Positions 26,901 to 39,766 of a DNA stretch of 64,000 nt are shown here, piece by piece. A program made the translations under genes and the position numbers. Below the pieces are notes generated by a model. That model saw nothing but the letters and a program-made list of their open reading frames with translations. It was not told the origin of the DNA and searched no databases. Every line of letters starts with the position of its first letter. Within the stretch, counting starts at the first letter, position 1. The stretch lies in NCBI RefSeq assembly GCF_032062105.1, contig NW_026926606.1, forward strand, positions 1 through 64,000. Direction: 5' to 3'. This stretch comes from Saccostrea cucullata (Eukaryota).

Positions 26901-27079
26901 CGACACGAACAATAAAAATTGTCAAATTTTCGGGACGCCCTGTCCATTCCTCAGGACAAAGAAAAAAAGTTAAAAAGTCATAAGAACAAAGGAAAAAGAG
27001 ACACTTTTTAACTTTTTTCTCTGTCCTGAGTAAGGGACAGGGCGGCCCGAAAATTTGACAATTTTTATTGTTCGTGTCG
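26901..27079. repeat. Long inverted repeat running into an assembly gap
   Basis: cgacacgaacaataaaaattgtcaaattttcggg..ctcaggaca mirrored by tgtcctgag..cccgaaaatttgacaatttttattgttcgtgtcg. Confidence 0.85.
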
Positions 27080-27213
27080 NNNNNNNNNNNNNNNNNNNNN
27101 NNNNNNNNNNNNNNNNNNNNNNNNNNNNNNNNNNNNNNNNNNNNNNNNNNNNNNNNNNNNNNNNNNNNNNNNNNNNNNNNNNNNNNNNNNNNNNNNNNNN
27201 NNNNNNNNNNNNN
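27080..27213. other. Assembly gap (134 N)
   Basis: Run of N. Confidence 1.
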
Positions 27214-27702
27214 CTCAAGAGAAGCAGGGCTAGACGTTATCATTTTGATAAGCCAACATTCCAAGTGGTATGATATTGTATATATTTGACCCTTGGGTAA
27301 CTGTGAAACTAAGACAGGGGAGCATACTGCATTCACAATAAAATGTTCTTTAAAGGGACTCCTTTGAGCATTAAGACCCATAGGCTCTTGTGAATAGTTT
27401 TTTTTATGACATAAACATGCATTTTAAAGACTTCCACTTATGATCTAGGAACGTCAGAAGATAGCTCCCGCTTTGACTTTTCATAGAATTAGATTGCTTG
27501 AAGCTTTAACGAAATCGTTGCTGTTTGTTATCTTAACCTTTTTCATTATAAGCAGAATATATATATTATAAAGCTAGCTTTTGCTGTGAACTTTAGATGT
27601 ATAGACGATATTTTATCAACATTTTCATTTTCACTCCTATATTGCTTCAATTTGTCTCTTTAAAATTGAAAAAAGCCACAGTTGAGTCTGAAAATCGGAT
27701 TC

Positions 27703-28610
27703 TTTATGCCCCGTCATGAATATGGCCGGGGGCATATAGTGTTTGCCATGTCCGTCTTCCGTCTAGCTGTCCCTCCGTCTGTCCTTCCATTACACTTTGT
27801 GTTTAGCTTTGTTCAAATCTCAGTTTCATAGACACTATCCAAGATATTTTCATCAAACTACGTATGCTGATAGATATTGATGAAACCTATGCAACTGTAT
27901 CCATATATTTTTTTACCTTGCCCTTTCCTTTTACCTTAACCTAACTTTCTATAAATAGTGTTTAGTTCAGTTATAAAGAAACCATTCAAGATGGTGTTAT
28001 CAAAATTCACATGTTGATACATACTAATGAGAGATATTCAACTGCATCAACTTTTCTTTTACCTTGACCTTTCCTTTGACCTTGACCTAACTTTTCTTAA
28101 ATTAGTGTTTAGCTCACTTTGAAAGAAACCATTCAAGACATTTTATCAAACTTCAAATACTGATGAGAGCTATTCAACTGCATCAATGACCTTGGCCTTT
28201 ACTTTGACCTTGACCTTACCTTTCCTAAATTGGCATCAAAGTTAATATGCTGATACATACTGATGTAAGCTATTCAACTACATCAAGATTTTTTACCTTG
28301 ACCTCACTTTTATCAAACTGTGTTTGAGTTTGAAAGAAACCATTCATATTTTTTTTTCAACTTTATATGCTGATATATTCTGATGAGAACTTTTCAATTG
28401 CATCAACATTTTTTACCTTGACCTTTCATTTGACCTTGACCTCACTTTTTTGAAAGTAGTGTCAATCTTCATATGATGATACATACTGAAGAAGCACTTC
28501 AACTGCATCACTTTTCAAGATATTCTGATCAAATTTCATAGAAATTTTCATGTTGCATTGATAATATACCCTCGACGGGGCATTCATATTCTATGGTCAT
28601 GTTTCTAGTT
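27703..28610 (-). mobile_element. HINE family 2, duplicated copy of 19697-20850
   Basis: Same hairpin, microsatellite and insertion point (tgaaaatcggattc|tttatgcccc). Confidence 0.75.
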
Positions 28611-29439
28611 TTGGGGATGGTTTCTTAAAAAAAAGACGTTAACGATAAAATAATAACAAAACTTTTTGAGAAACTTGATGGCCCCAATTTTTCTGTCCTC
28701 ACCTTTCTTGGCTTTTTTAACAATATTCCATTATCACCGCATCTGGGTTTATATATCTCCCAGTTGATCCAAAAGCATACACATTCCCTCAGTGCAAACG
28801 ATTTCTTAAGCGAAACGAAATTTAGACAAATAAATTGATGAAACAAGAATATTAACAGTTTCCTTTAAGTCAGTATTTGGCAAGTTAAATGGTCGATAAA
28901 AATGACCTTGTCAGCAAAGACAAAGTATTTTTAATTCGAATGCTGACTGGGGTTTTTCAAACAAATTGATAGGCAATTAATTTACACACTAGATTGACTA
29001 ATGATTTTTATTTTGTTATTTCTTGATCATGACAAGGAGCATACGGTGGGTGTGACCGGTCGGCAGGGGATGCTTACTCATGGTTCCTGTTTCCACCTCT
29101 TTGTTTTAGAGAAGACCAGTGTTTAATTTTTGGCAGGAAACGATTTCTTCGAGTTCATTTATTCCATTGATATGCCAGAGAAAATTATTTAAAATACTGG
29201 TATCCCTTATTAAGGGAAGTTTTTCAGCAAATTACACTATAACACTGATATTACAATTTCATTAATAAATGAATCAAGTATTACACTGATAAAAATGTAT
29301 TGAACGTTCATAATAAATATTTAAAGATAAAATACTGGAGTATTATTGCATGTTACAATAATTCAGTATATTGATAATCATGTTAAAGTGATATTGCATA
29401 TAAATATTACAAAGAATGCAGCACAATGAAGTGCTAATT

Positions 29440-31102
29440 TCATTGCAGGTATTTGATTTTTCTCACATCTTGCCTTCCCCACTGAGCAACAAATAGATTG
29501 TCAATTGTATCTTTACACAATCCCCAGGGATAACTTACACAGTCTATGTAACGGAGGAACAGTCCATCCTGGTCTATGATGTGGATACAGTGACTGTTAT
29601 AATCAGCTGTAAGGATGTGACTCTGACTGTCTGTGGTGATTCATCGTAAACTGATAGGTTTACTAATTAAAGAGGTAGGACGAGCATGTACAGTGTATCT
29701 GAATCTCAGTTTCCCGGCTTGATTGACCACCACTACTGATATAGCCTCACTATCAGACACACAGATATCCAGGTTCCTGTTCTCAGTTATAAATCGTTCA
29801 GATCGACCCAATGAATAGAGGGGTTTTTCTTTATCATCAAATTGAAAGGTTTGTTTCTCTGTTAAGCCAGAGTATCAAACAAATTTGTTTGTTTGCCATC
29901 ATCACTGATCATGATAACCAGGAAGTCACCAGAGGAGGTACTACGTACAGATACCTTGAGGACTCCAGTTTTCTAGTCTGATCGCCTCTTCTATCTTCTC
30001 ATTCTTCACAATGTCCACAGTATTATTATTGAAATCAGTATAGACTAAATCTCCACTTTTGGTCAATGCTGTCAGATGGTGTGTTCCCTGATCTGGTACA
30101 GATTGACTTAAGTTGTGGGTAATCAGGATTGTGTATGCTGAAGAGTTTTATACGGTTGCCAGTTCCACTACTCCAGATATTTTCATCATTCAGACAGGCC
30201 ACCCAGTACGCATGTCAATGACAGTCTGAGGTTTATCAAGCAGCTGTTTGACTGGAGGAGAGGATCCAGCTTCTTGTGATTTCTGTGTTGTCTTCATGCT
30301 GTAACCGTGTTCATCTGATGCTAGAGAACTAGACGTTAAGGCTCCAAAATTTTCTCTTAGGATTTTTCCTGGAAACAATTTTGGTAAAGAAAATAGAAGT
30401 TTTCTGGAAGTTTTCTGTATATATGTGCATTTGATGTAACATAAAATAGTTTTGACATGTCGTAAGTGTTTATCATAGATTTTGTTGATTCGATTTCATC
30501 TTGAATGTTTGAAATTTTCTTGTTAATTTCATTAAGATGTTTCTGTAGAGTTTGTAACTGTGTGTTTTTTTATCTCATCAACTTCAGCTTTAAGTTTCTG
30601 GACAAGTTTGTCAATTTCTTTGTGCCAGTCCTCTCCATGTTTTGTTATGCCTGTTGATATCTCTCCATATTCCTTTTCTAACTGACTCATTCTGTTTTGA
30701 ACATTAGATGCAATGTCCTGGTAGGTAAATTGTCTCATTTAATATATTTCTTTCACAAATGATCATGTCTTTCTTTTTACCTAGAACTTGTAAGATTTTT
30801 GATAATTGATGACCTAATTGATGCTTGGATGCAAGGCAGCTGATGCAGACAGGAATGTCACATGGATAACAGTACATTTCACATCGTTCTTTGTCATGAT
30901 ATTTACATCCAGGGTAGAGGGGTGTGGAATTTCTAAGAGAGAATCTAAAAACGTCATGTTTTTTGGATTCATCAGAAACCATGTGTTCTCCCACACAGGC
31001 CCTACACAGTTTGACAAGACATGTATCACAGTGCATCTGTACCACAGCAGTCTCACACAGGTCACATCGCATCACGTCTTGGGAGCTGGTACGGGGGTTC
31101 AT
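29440..31102 (-). pseudogene. TRIM-like gene copy D, multiply disrupted
   Basis: MNPRTSSQDVMRCDLCETAVVQMHC..; frameshifts or deletions near 30725, 30565, 30400 and 30195; ends KIKYLQ*. Shares the HNPDYPQLKSICTR loop with copy E. Acceptor at 31125-31126. Confidence 0.9.
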
Positions 31103-31334
31103 AGTGACTTTTCCTGATCCGACACTGAGACAAAAACGATTCATTTTTTTGAATATTTACATAAAAGGAGAAAATGAATGCATTTATATATAGACTTATG
31201 AACTCAACTCTTCTAAGTACTTTCTCCCCAAAGAAATAGTTTTCAGTTTTCAGATTGGAGAAAATAATGCTTGATTTTTTTTGGGGGGGGGTTTAAAACG
31301 TTTTTGATTGGGACTTAATATCTGGTTGGGTATT

Positions 31335-33340
31335 CCCCTCCAAAAAAGTCATGATTGTACTGTTACTTTGTACGCACTTTGAAAAATTACGCAGTTTGAA
31401 AAAAAAACCTTTTCAAAGTGAGTTAAATTTGGGACCTAGTGAACGCACTTTTAAAAATTAATTTTTGCACGACTTAGAGTAGTCAATATTCTAGCAAATT
31501 TTAGATAGGATAATTAATTATTCAAACCTGGTTGGATAACTCTTTGTTGATGACGTCACTATTTAGGACCTGAGATATTGACGTTTTACATATGGCCTTT
31601 CGTGATACAGAAATCCAAGTTTTTGTGCTCGTTGTAAATAACGTTCCATCACAACGAAACGTCTTTTTATTGACATTAAATAAGACTTAAACAATCATTT
31701 AAATAGGTTAATATTATGATGTATGAATAATATTGCGCTTTATATTGTTATTTATGATTTGTATTCGATTTTATAAAGTTACTTTGACCAAAGTTTCGTC
31801 AATTGGCTATTATTCAGCAATATGGACCATGGGCCTCTCTTCTGTGTTATCATTATTTTTATGGAAAACTTTATTCATTTTTTTTCATTATTTCACGTTA
31901 ATTTTTTAAAGAGAAATATGAATACATATATTTTGATATGAAAGATACATAAATAGACTGTAAGTCCTCTTATCTGCCTTCTCCTCATTAATCTTGATAA
32001 GATCTTGGATATATAATTTCATCGGATTTTCGAAAGATATCTAAGAAAAATAGTGCTGTCTATAACTAAAATCTAAGTCCAGAAATTTTATTTCAAATAT
32101 ATTTTTTCAAAGTGCGTTAAATCACGTAGCCCCCATGGTTAAACAAAATGTATATGTACACTTTTAACACACTTTAATTTTTTTCAGAGTGCGTTAATAT
32201 TGTCCAATATTCGACGCACTTTAAATTTTTTTCTCTACAAAATGCGTTGATTTTGTCTCAATTTTAAAGCACTTTGAAAAAAAAAGTTCGTAATATTTTC
32301 AATGTGCGTTGCAACACCGCATGTCTGCTGTTTGCATGGGATTTATGTTATGCAGAAACATTAATCGTTTGAATTCTCAAAGTAGCATTCATTTGTATAA
32401 GAGGAGTTGTGGATAAGTTATAGGTACCTCAAAAGATAACAGACAGATGGACGAACATAAGGACTCAAGCGAGGGTATAATAATGGTCTATCATTGATCA
32501 ACAGTCGACTCAATGATAGATTGTATTTACTGACTTATCATCATATGAAACATAAAGTAAGCGAAATGTTGACGAGGCTGTTGATATCCTTGATTCATCA
32601 ACTGATTTGACGATAACTTTCCATTTTTTTTTTTAGAAATTGTGCATACGTGGATACTCTAGCATATTAATCATACACTTTCCTCCCGGGTGATGATGAT
32701 GAATAGTTATTAAATACATGTATAGTATTGCTACAAAACTAAGGGAAGTACTGTGAAATCACTAATTTCCGTTGGGGTTTAATTTTCGTTGTTTTCATGG
32801 TATGAAGAGACCCACGAATTTATGTCCACCACGAAATGTAAATTTTCATATGCACAACTACTAAAAAGGTCTTCACCAACGAAATCAAATCCCCACGAAC
32901 CAGCATTTTTTCCTTCAACCACGAAAATTTGACCCGATGAAAATATGGTGATTTTACAGTATTAGCTCCAATAAAAAATAATGTCATTATTGTTAGAAAA
33001 TAGACCAGGAAACATGAAATCCTAACCAGGTAAAATGATCACTTGATTGTAGTAAACTATCGCTTAAGGAGTCTTCTATTTTTATGTACCCTCTTCCTGT
33101 CAGTTTTGATTTCTTTGTAGGTTAACGCCAGTCTCGAGAATTTTTCATTTACGATAGTATATGAATGCAACCACTTGCGAAAAGCTACAAATTTGGACAG
33201 TGGTCAAGCTGTGGGAGATCTTTTTTGCACCTACTGCGACACAGGAACTCGATTTTTACGGACTCATCCGAAGGACCTGTCTCCGCATCGTGCACCAGGA
33301 TTTGAACCACTGAAGAAAGGATCAACTCCTTACTCGGCGA
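31335..33340. repeat. Segmental duplication of 43385-46090
   Basis: Continuous similarity from aagtcatgattgtactgttactttg through acagtcgact, gctccaataaaaaataatg and the SINE remnant. Confidence 0.9.
32751..32959. mobile_element. MITE with TA target duplication
   Basis: TA|CTGTGAAATCAC..GTGATTTTACAG|TA. Empty site aagggaagTAtaagctcc at ~45731-45748. Confidence 0.85.
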
Positions 33341-34233
33341 CCCAAGGGCCAATTATATATCACATCACACCACTTGGAATGTTGGCTTATCAAAATGTAA
33401 CGTCTAGCCCTGCTTCTTCTGAGAATTCGTTTGAGCGGCATCCGAGATCCTTACAGAGAATGACTCTTAATTTTTTATATAAAATTCATTCATATTAAAT
33501 CTATATTTTAGTAAAATCCTTGTCCCAAGGACCAACATTTTTATATACACTCGAATGTAGTTTTTATGAAATCGTTGCTGGTCGTTACCTTTACTTTTTT
33601 ATTAGAAGAAGGATTTATTTTAAAAAGAAAAAAAGAAGCTCTTGCTGTGACCTTCAATATTACCTTTAGAAGTATAGACGGTATTTTATAAACAATTTCA
33701 TTTTCACTACTATATTACTTCAACTTATTCCTTTGAATTCAAGAAAGCCAAAGCCGAGTCTGACAATTTGAATACTTTTTTGGATGGTTTCCTAAAAACA
33801 TTTACGATAAATAATAACAAAACATCAAAAATGAGAAACTTGATAACCGAATTTTTTCTGTCGTCAACTTCCTTTGCTTTTGAAATACTACCCTATTATC
33901 AACCGCGTATGGGGTTTATATATCTCGTAGTTGATTCATTAAGCAAGCGCATTCCCTCAGTGTGAACAATTTCTAAACGAAACGAAATATTGAAAAATAA
34001 GTTGATGAAACAAGAATATTAACAGTTTCATTTAAGTCAGCATTTTGCAAACTAAATTGATGATAAAATGACCTTGTTAGAAATACAAAATATTACCGGT
34101 ATTATATAGTCGAATACTAACTTGAGTTTTTCAAACAAATTGGTAGGCAATTATTTTACATACTAGATTCACTATGGATTTCTTTTTGGTTATTTCTTGA
34201 TCACGACAATGATCACACGGTAGATAGGACCGG

Positions 34234-36597
34234 TGTCATATAGTGAGACTTCCGCCATAGTGAGACTTCCCCCCGGAAGTCTGTCTATAGTGAGTCTTCC
34301 CCCTGGGGGGAAATATGTCTATATAGTGAGACTTCCGCCATAGTGAGACTTCCCCCCGGAAGTCTGTCTATATAGTGAGTCTTCCCCCTGGGGGAAATAT
34401 GTCTATATAGTGAGACTTCCGCCATAGTGAGACTTCCCCCCGGAAGTCTGTCTATATAGTGAGTCTTCCCCCTGGGGGGAAATATGTTTATATAGTGAGA
34501 CTTCCGCCATAGTGAGACTTCCCCCCGGAAGTCTGTCTATATAGTGAGTCTTCCCCCTGGGGGGAAATATGTCTATATAGTGAGACTTCCGCCATAGTGA
34601 GACTTCCCCCCGGAAGTCTGGCTATATAGTGAGTCTTCCCCCTGGGGGGAAATATGTCTATATAGTGAGACTTCCCCCAATTATGACCATAGTGAATCTT
34701 CCCCCTTCGGTTTTCGATTTGGATTTTATATACATTGACATAATTTAATATTTAATGTATATGCTTAAGGGACCTTTTAACTTTTATAAATTTTATGAAG
34801 TATTTTTTTAAGGATTTGTATTTCATTTTGAAAGTAAATATGCGTGATACTAAAGAAATTACATCACTATAAAATCAAATAAGATGGATTTGGGTTCTAA
34901 TACACTTTAAATCAAATTCTGACTGTCATGCATATTTTAGCAAAGGCACCGGATGCATGAATTGGGCTTAATCCCCCCCCCCTTTTTTTTAAATTCATGA
35001 CCGGAAAAATTGCATGAAAATATGTGCATCCCCTGCTCATCACACCCATACATCAATTCATACAAATATTTTTTCATTTTGGTCGTGTTTTAAAAATGGG
35101 TTTGGACGATGGGATGTTTGAATACACGTATAAAAAATACGTAAAATAAAATATATATATATATATACTGCATTGCAATTGTCACTTATTTGACTAAACT
35201 ATTTTGCACTAAAGTCGGAGATGGTTAATTGTCAATTTTAGTGTGTAGATCTGTTTGTCGCAATTTCATATTTTTACACTTTATACGATGAAAAACAGAG
35301 CGTGCATGTATGAATCAGTCATTACTTGATTGAGATAAGATATTTGAATATGAATTAAAAAAAAATAACAAACATAATTCATTTGTTAACTTCAACACAT
35401 GTGCAAACCAATAAGTTGTTTGCTATTCCACACAAATTGAAAATAAGAATACAATGTTTTAATGCGTGGGGCGAAACATACTGGTAATTTTGAATCAGCA
35501 TGTGCCATTCAACTTTTTAAATAAGTAACAAAAACTCAAGGAGAATCACCATGAAATCTTTTAATTACTTAATTGGACAGCGAGTAGACATAGTCAAAAT
35601 GCACCCCTGAATCATTGACAAGATATATGCATTTACGGACCTTCCATAAAAATCTGAGATTTATGTGCTGCAGTGTAAATTTTTGTCGAACCACTGTTCT
35701 ATGAAGTCTTTAATATTGTAAACGTCCCTGTGAATAAAGTAAATGAAATATTTTCCAATCAATTTTACATTTCAGCATATCTATTAAATGATGCTTAAAA
35801 TTATCCTTAAAGTAGATTTTAACTTTATGTACATGAAACTTTCGATAAATACAGTTAGGAAATAAGAAAATCATAATTGAGATTTGGAATGCATGTTTCA
35901 TTTTTCACATTCGAGCATAATTATTTTATTTCTCGCATAGTCTTAAAGTACTATAAATGTTTCTTCTTTTCGCTACATTTTTTATTAAATCGGTTGAACC
36001 ATATCTAATGTGTAAATAGCTAATGTTTGTACACACAAACAAAACTATGCTATCATTTTTTTTTATTCCAATGCTGAAAACATTCAGAACATTTCATATA
36101 AGTGACTCGTGAACTAATCAAATTATTCGTTATCAATACATGTAAAGGAAAGGGTATACACATGTACATATTATATACATGTATATTATATCATCTCAAT
36201 GTACATGCATATATTATAATGGATATCAAACAGTTAAAACGATATTCAAACTGTTCATGTATATAAAATAAATATATAAATACGTGTACCTATATGGAAG
36301 ATAATTTCGTCATAAATTAACACTGTTAGAATTTTTTAAAATAATAAAACAATGTTCCAGAAACTATAATAAGAGGGGGAAGTCTCGCTATGAATGGGGA
36401 AAGGCTGGCTATAAAGTGAGCCTCCCCCCCCCCGGAAGAACGGATATATATTGAAACTTCCGTGGGGGAAGTCTCACTATAAAAGCATTCTTCCGGGGGG
36501 AAGGCTCACTATATAGCCAGCCTTCCGGGGGATGACTCACTATATAGTTAGCCTTCCGGGGGAAGCCTCACTATGGGGAAAGTCTCACTATACGACA
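34234..36597. mobile_element. Non-autonomous Ginger1-like DNA transposon, 2364 bp
   Basis: TIR TGTCATATAGTGAGACTT / AAGTCTCACTATACGACA. Flanks CCGG (34230-34233) and CCGA (36598-36601). TGT..ACA ends with a CCGG target are typical of Ginger1. Confidence 0.8.
34238..34705 (+). repeat. Subterminal minisatellite, about 5.3 units of 83-85 bp
   Basis: tccgcc at 34251, 34334, 34418, 34503 and 34588; each unit has three ATAGTGAG(A/T)CTTCC motifs. Confidence 0.95.
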
Positions 36598-37010
36598 CCG
36601 ATCGACAGTCGTATTTACTCTTCCATGGTACCTGTTCCCACCTCTGTGTCCAGTGTTTAATCTTTGGCAAAAAAAATGATCTTTTGGGGTTCATTTATTT
36701 ATGTTTCCTATTTCCTTTAACATGCCAAAAAATTATTAAAAATACTGGTACCCCTTATTAAGTTTTTCAGTAAATTACAATATAAAACTGATATTCTTTT
36801 AAAATTCAACAACATTTCAATTTTCTTAATAAATGAATCACAGTATAACACTTATAAATTTTAATGAAAAAGGATGAATAATTTAAAGATAAAATACTGA
36901 AATATTATGCCTGTTACAATACTTCAGCATATTGATATTTTATAGTGATATTGTATACATATGTATATAGACCGCTAATTACAAAGAATGCAACACAACA
37001 AGTGCTCATT

Positions 37011-38693
37011 TCATTGCAGATATTTGATTTTCTTCACATCTCGCCTTCCCCATTGAACAACAAACAGATTGTCATTTGTATCTGTACACAGTCCCCAGGG
37101 ATAACTTACACAGTCTATGTAACGGAGAAACTGTCCATCCTGGTCTATGATGTGGACACAGTGATTGTTATAATCAGCTGTAAGGATATGACTCTGACTG
37201 TCTGTGGTGATTCCTTGTAAACTGATAGGTTCACAAATTAAAGAGGTAGGACGAGCATGTCCAGTGTACCTGAATCTCAGTTTCCCGGCCTGATTGACCA
37301 CCACTACTGCTTCAGCATCACTGTCAGACACACAGACATCCAGGTTCCTGTTCTCAGTTATAAATCGGTCACACCTACCTGATGAATAGAGAGGTTTACC
37401 TTTATCGTCAAACTGAAAGGTTTGTTTCTTTGTGGAGCCAGAGTATCGAACAACCTTTGTTTGTTTGCCATCATTACTGAACATGGTAACTAGGAGGTCA
37501 CCACAGCAGGTACTACAGATACCTTGAGGACTCCAGTTTTCTAGTCTGATCACCTCCTCTATCTTCTCATTCTTCACAATGTTCACAGTATTATTAATGA
37601 AATCAGAATAGACTAGATCTCCACTTTTGGTCACTGTTATGTCAGATGGCGTGTTCCTCGATCTAGTACAGATTGATTTAAGTTGTGGGTAATCAGGATT
37701 GTGGGTGCTGAAGAGCTTAATAAGATTGCCAGTTCCACTACCCCAGATATTTTCATCATTCAGACAGGCCACACTGAAAGGATGTACATACCCAGTACGT
37801 ATGTTTATGATAGTCTGAGGTTTATCAAGCAGTTGTTTGACTGGAGGAGAGGATCCAGCTTCTGGTGATATCTGTGTTGTCTTCATGCTGTAACCATGTT
37901 CATCTGATACTAGAGAACTGGACGTTAAGGCTCCAAAATTTTCTCCTAGAATTTTTCCTGGAAAGAATTTGGGTAAAGATGGTAGAAGTTTTTCTGGAAG
38001 TTTTCTGTATATATGTGCATTTGATGTAACATAAAATAGTTTTGACATGTCGTAAGTGTCTATCATAGATATTGATGATTTGATTTCATCCTGAATGTTT
38101 GAAATTTTCTTGTTAATTTCATTCAAATGTTTCTGTAGTTTGTAACTGTGTTTTTTTCATCTCATCAACATCAGCTTTAAGTTTCTGGACTAGTTTGTCA
38201 ATTTCTCTGTGCCAATCTTGTCCATGTTTTGTTATGGCTTTTGAGAGATCTCCATATTCCTTTTTTAAATGACTCATTCTGTTTATCCATCAGAAGCAAT
38301 GTCCTGGTAGGTTGGATAAATTGTTTCATTTAAAATATTTCCTTCTCTAATAATCAGCTCTTTCTTTTCACCTAGAACTTGTAAGATTTTAGATAATTCA
38401 TGACCTAAATGTTGCTTGGATGCAAGGCAACTGATGCAGACAGGAATGTCACACGGGTAACAGTACATTTCACATCGTTCTTTGTCATGATATTTACATC
38501 CCGGGAAGAGGGGTGTGGAATTTCTAAGAGAGAATCTAACAACTTCATGTTTTTTGGATTCATCATATATCATATGTTCTCCCACACAGGCCTTACACAG
38601 ATTGACAAGACATGTAACACAGTGCATCTGAACCACAGCGGTCTCACACAGGTCACATCGCATCACGTCCTGACCAGTGGTACGGGGATCCAT
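37011..38693 (-). pseudogene. TRIM-like gene copy E; B-boxes and propeller intact, coiled coil disrupted
   Basis: ORFs 38283-38831 (likely start MDPRTTGQD at 38693) and 37011-38126; lesions near 38285 and 38135-38155. Acceptor at 38716-38717; candidate donor CAG|GTAAAA at 38887. Confidence 0.88.
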
Positions 38694-39766
38694 AGTAAGT
38701 TTTTGTGATTTGATTCTGAAACAAAAATGACCAGTTTTTACGAATGTGTACACAAATGAAGAAAATAAATATACAATTATAAATGTAGACAAGTAATTTT
38801 TTTTATTTACAATACCTGGGTATATGTGCATTGAATCTTAATGGGTTCATCCAGTTTTAAAGCATTAAGTTACTTGTATATTTTTACCTGATTTTAGCAA
38901 TGTTGGTCAATCAGTCGACCAATCTCCTCCTTACACGGTTTGTCTCGAGGGACTTTTATCTAGAAGCAGAGCTACCTGTTTTATCTACCTGTCAGGTGTT
39001 TATATTTTCTTGACAGCATGGAAATGTTTAAAAGTTTGATATCTATAGAATTATTTTAAACAAACCATTACATATTGATTTGATTTCATAATTTCTTTTT
39101 TTTATTTGTAATCCAAGGAAAATGTATAGAAAGCGTTCAAAAGGTACTCGGTAAAATTACTTATATTTTGCTTTGCAATACAAGTGGAATTATGTTTGGA
39201 TCTAGCCAGAGGACCTTTTGCATTTTTACATTTTATATAGAAAAGTAAAGATAACCTAAATTCATGTACTAGTTTTGGTACAAAACTATAAAGGAAAGGA
39301 TTAGCTCCAATAAAAATAATGTCATTATTGTTAGAAAATAGACCAGGAAACATGATATTGTAACCAGGTAACATGATCATTTGATTTCAGTACACAACCC
39401 CTTAAGGAGTCTTCTACTTTTATATACCCCCTTCCTGTCAATTTTGAACTATTTGTAGTTAAACGACAGTCTCGAATTTTTTTTATTTACGATTGTATAT
39501 GAATGTAACCACTTGCGAAAGGCTGCAAATTTGGACAGTGAGCTGTGGTATATCTTTTTTGCACCTACTGCGACACGGGACCTCGGTATTTACGGACTCA
39601 TCCGAAGGACCGGTCTCCACATCGTGCAACAGGATTTGAACAATTGAAGAAAGGATCAACTCCTTACTCAGCGACGTAAGCTTTTGTTCACAGTAATTGA
39701 AATTCAAAATTTACTTGATATTCTTAACTACATAACGCTGAATGTTTGCTGTAGATTAGACATGTA

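Larger units (their letters stand above)
33570..36650 (+). mobile_element. Penelope-like RT fragment interrupted by the Ginger-like element
   Basis: TFRSIDGIL remnant near 33662; the 3' tail is split at gaCCGG and resumes at 36598. Confidence 0.7.

Noticed and set aside
26887-27381. ORFs spanning N runs (also 42801-43094)
   Set aside because: Artefacts of assembly gaps.
34238-34705. Possible CRISPR array
   Set aside because: Units are near-identical with no unique spacers; it is a transposon subterminal repeat.
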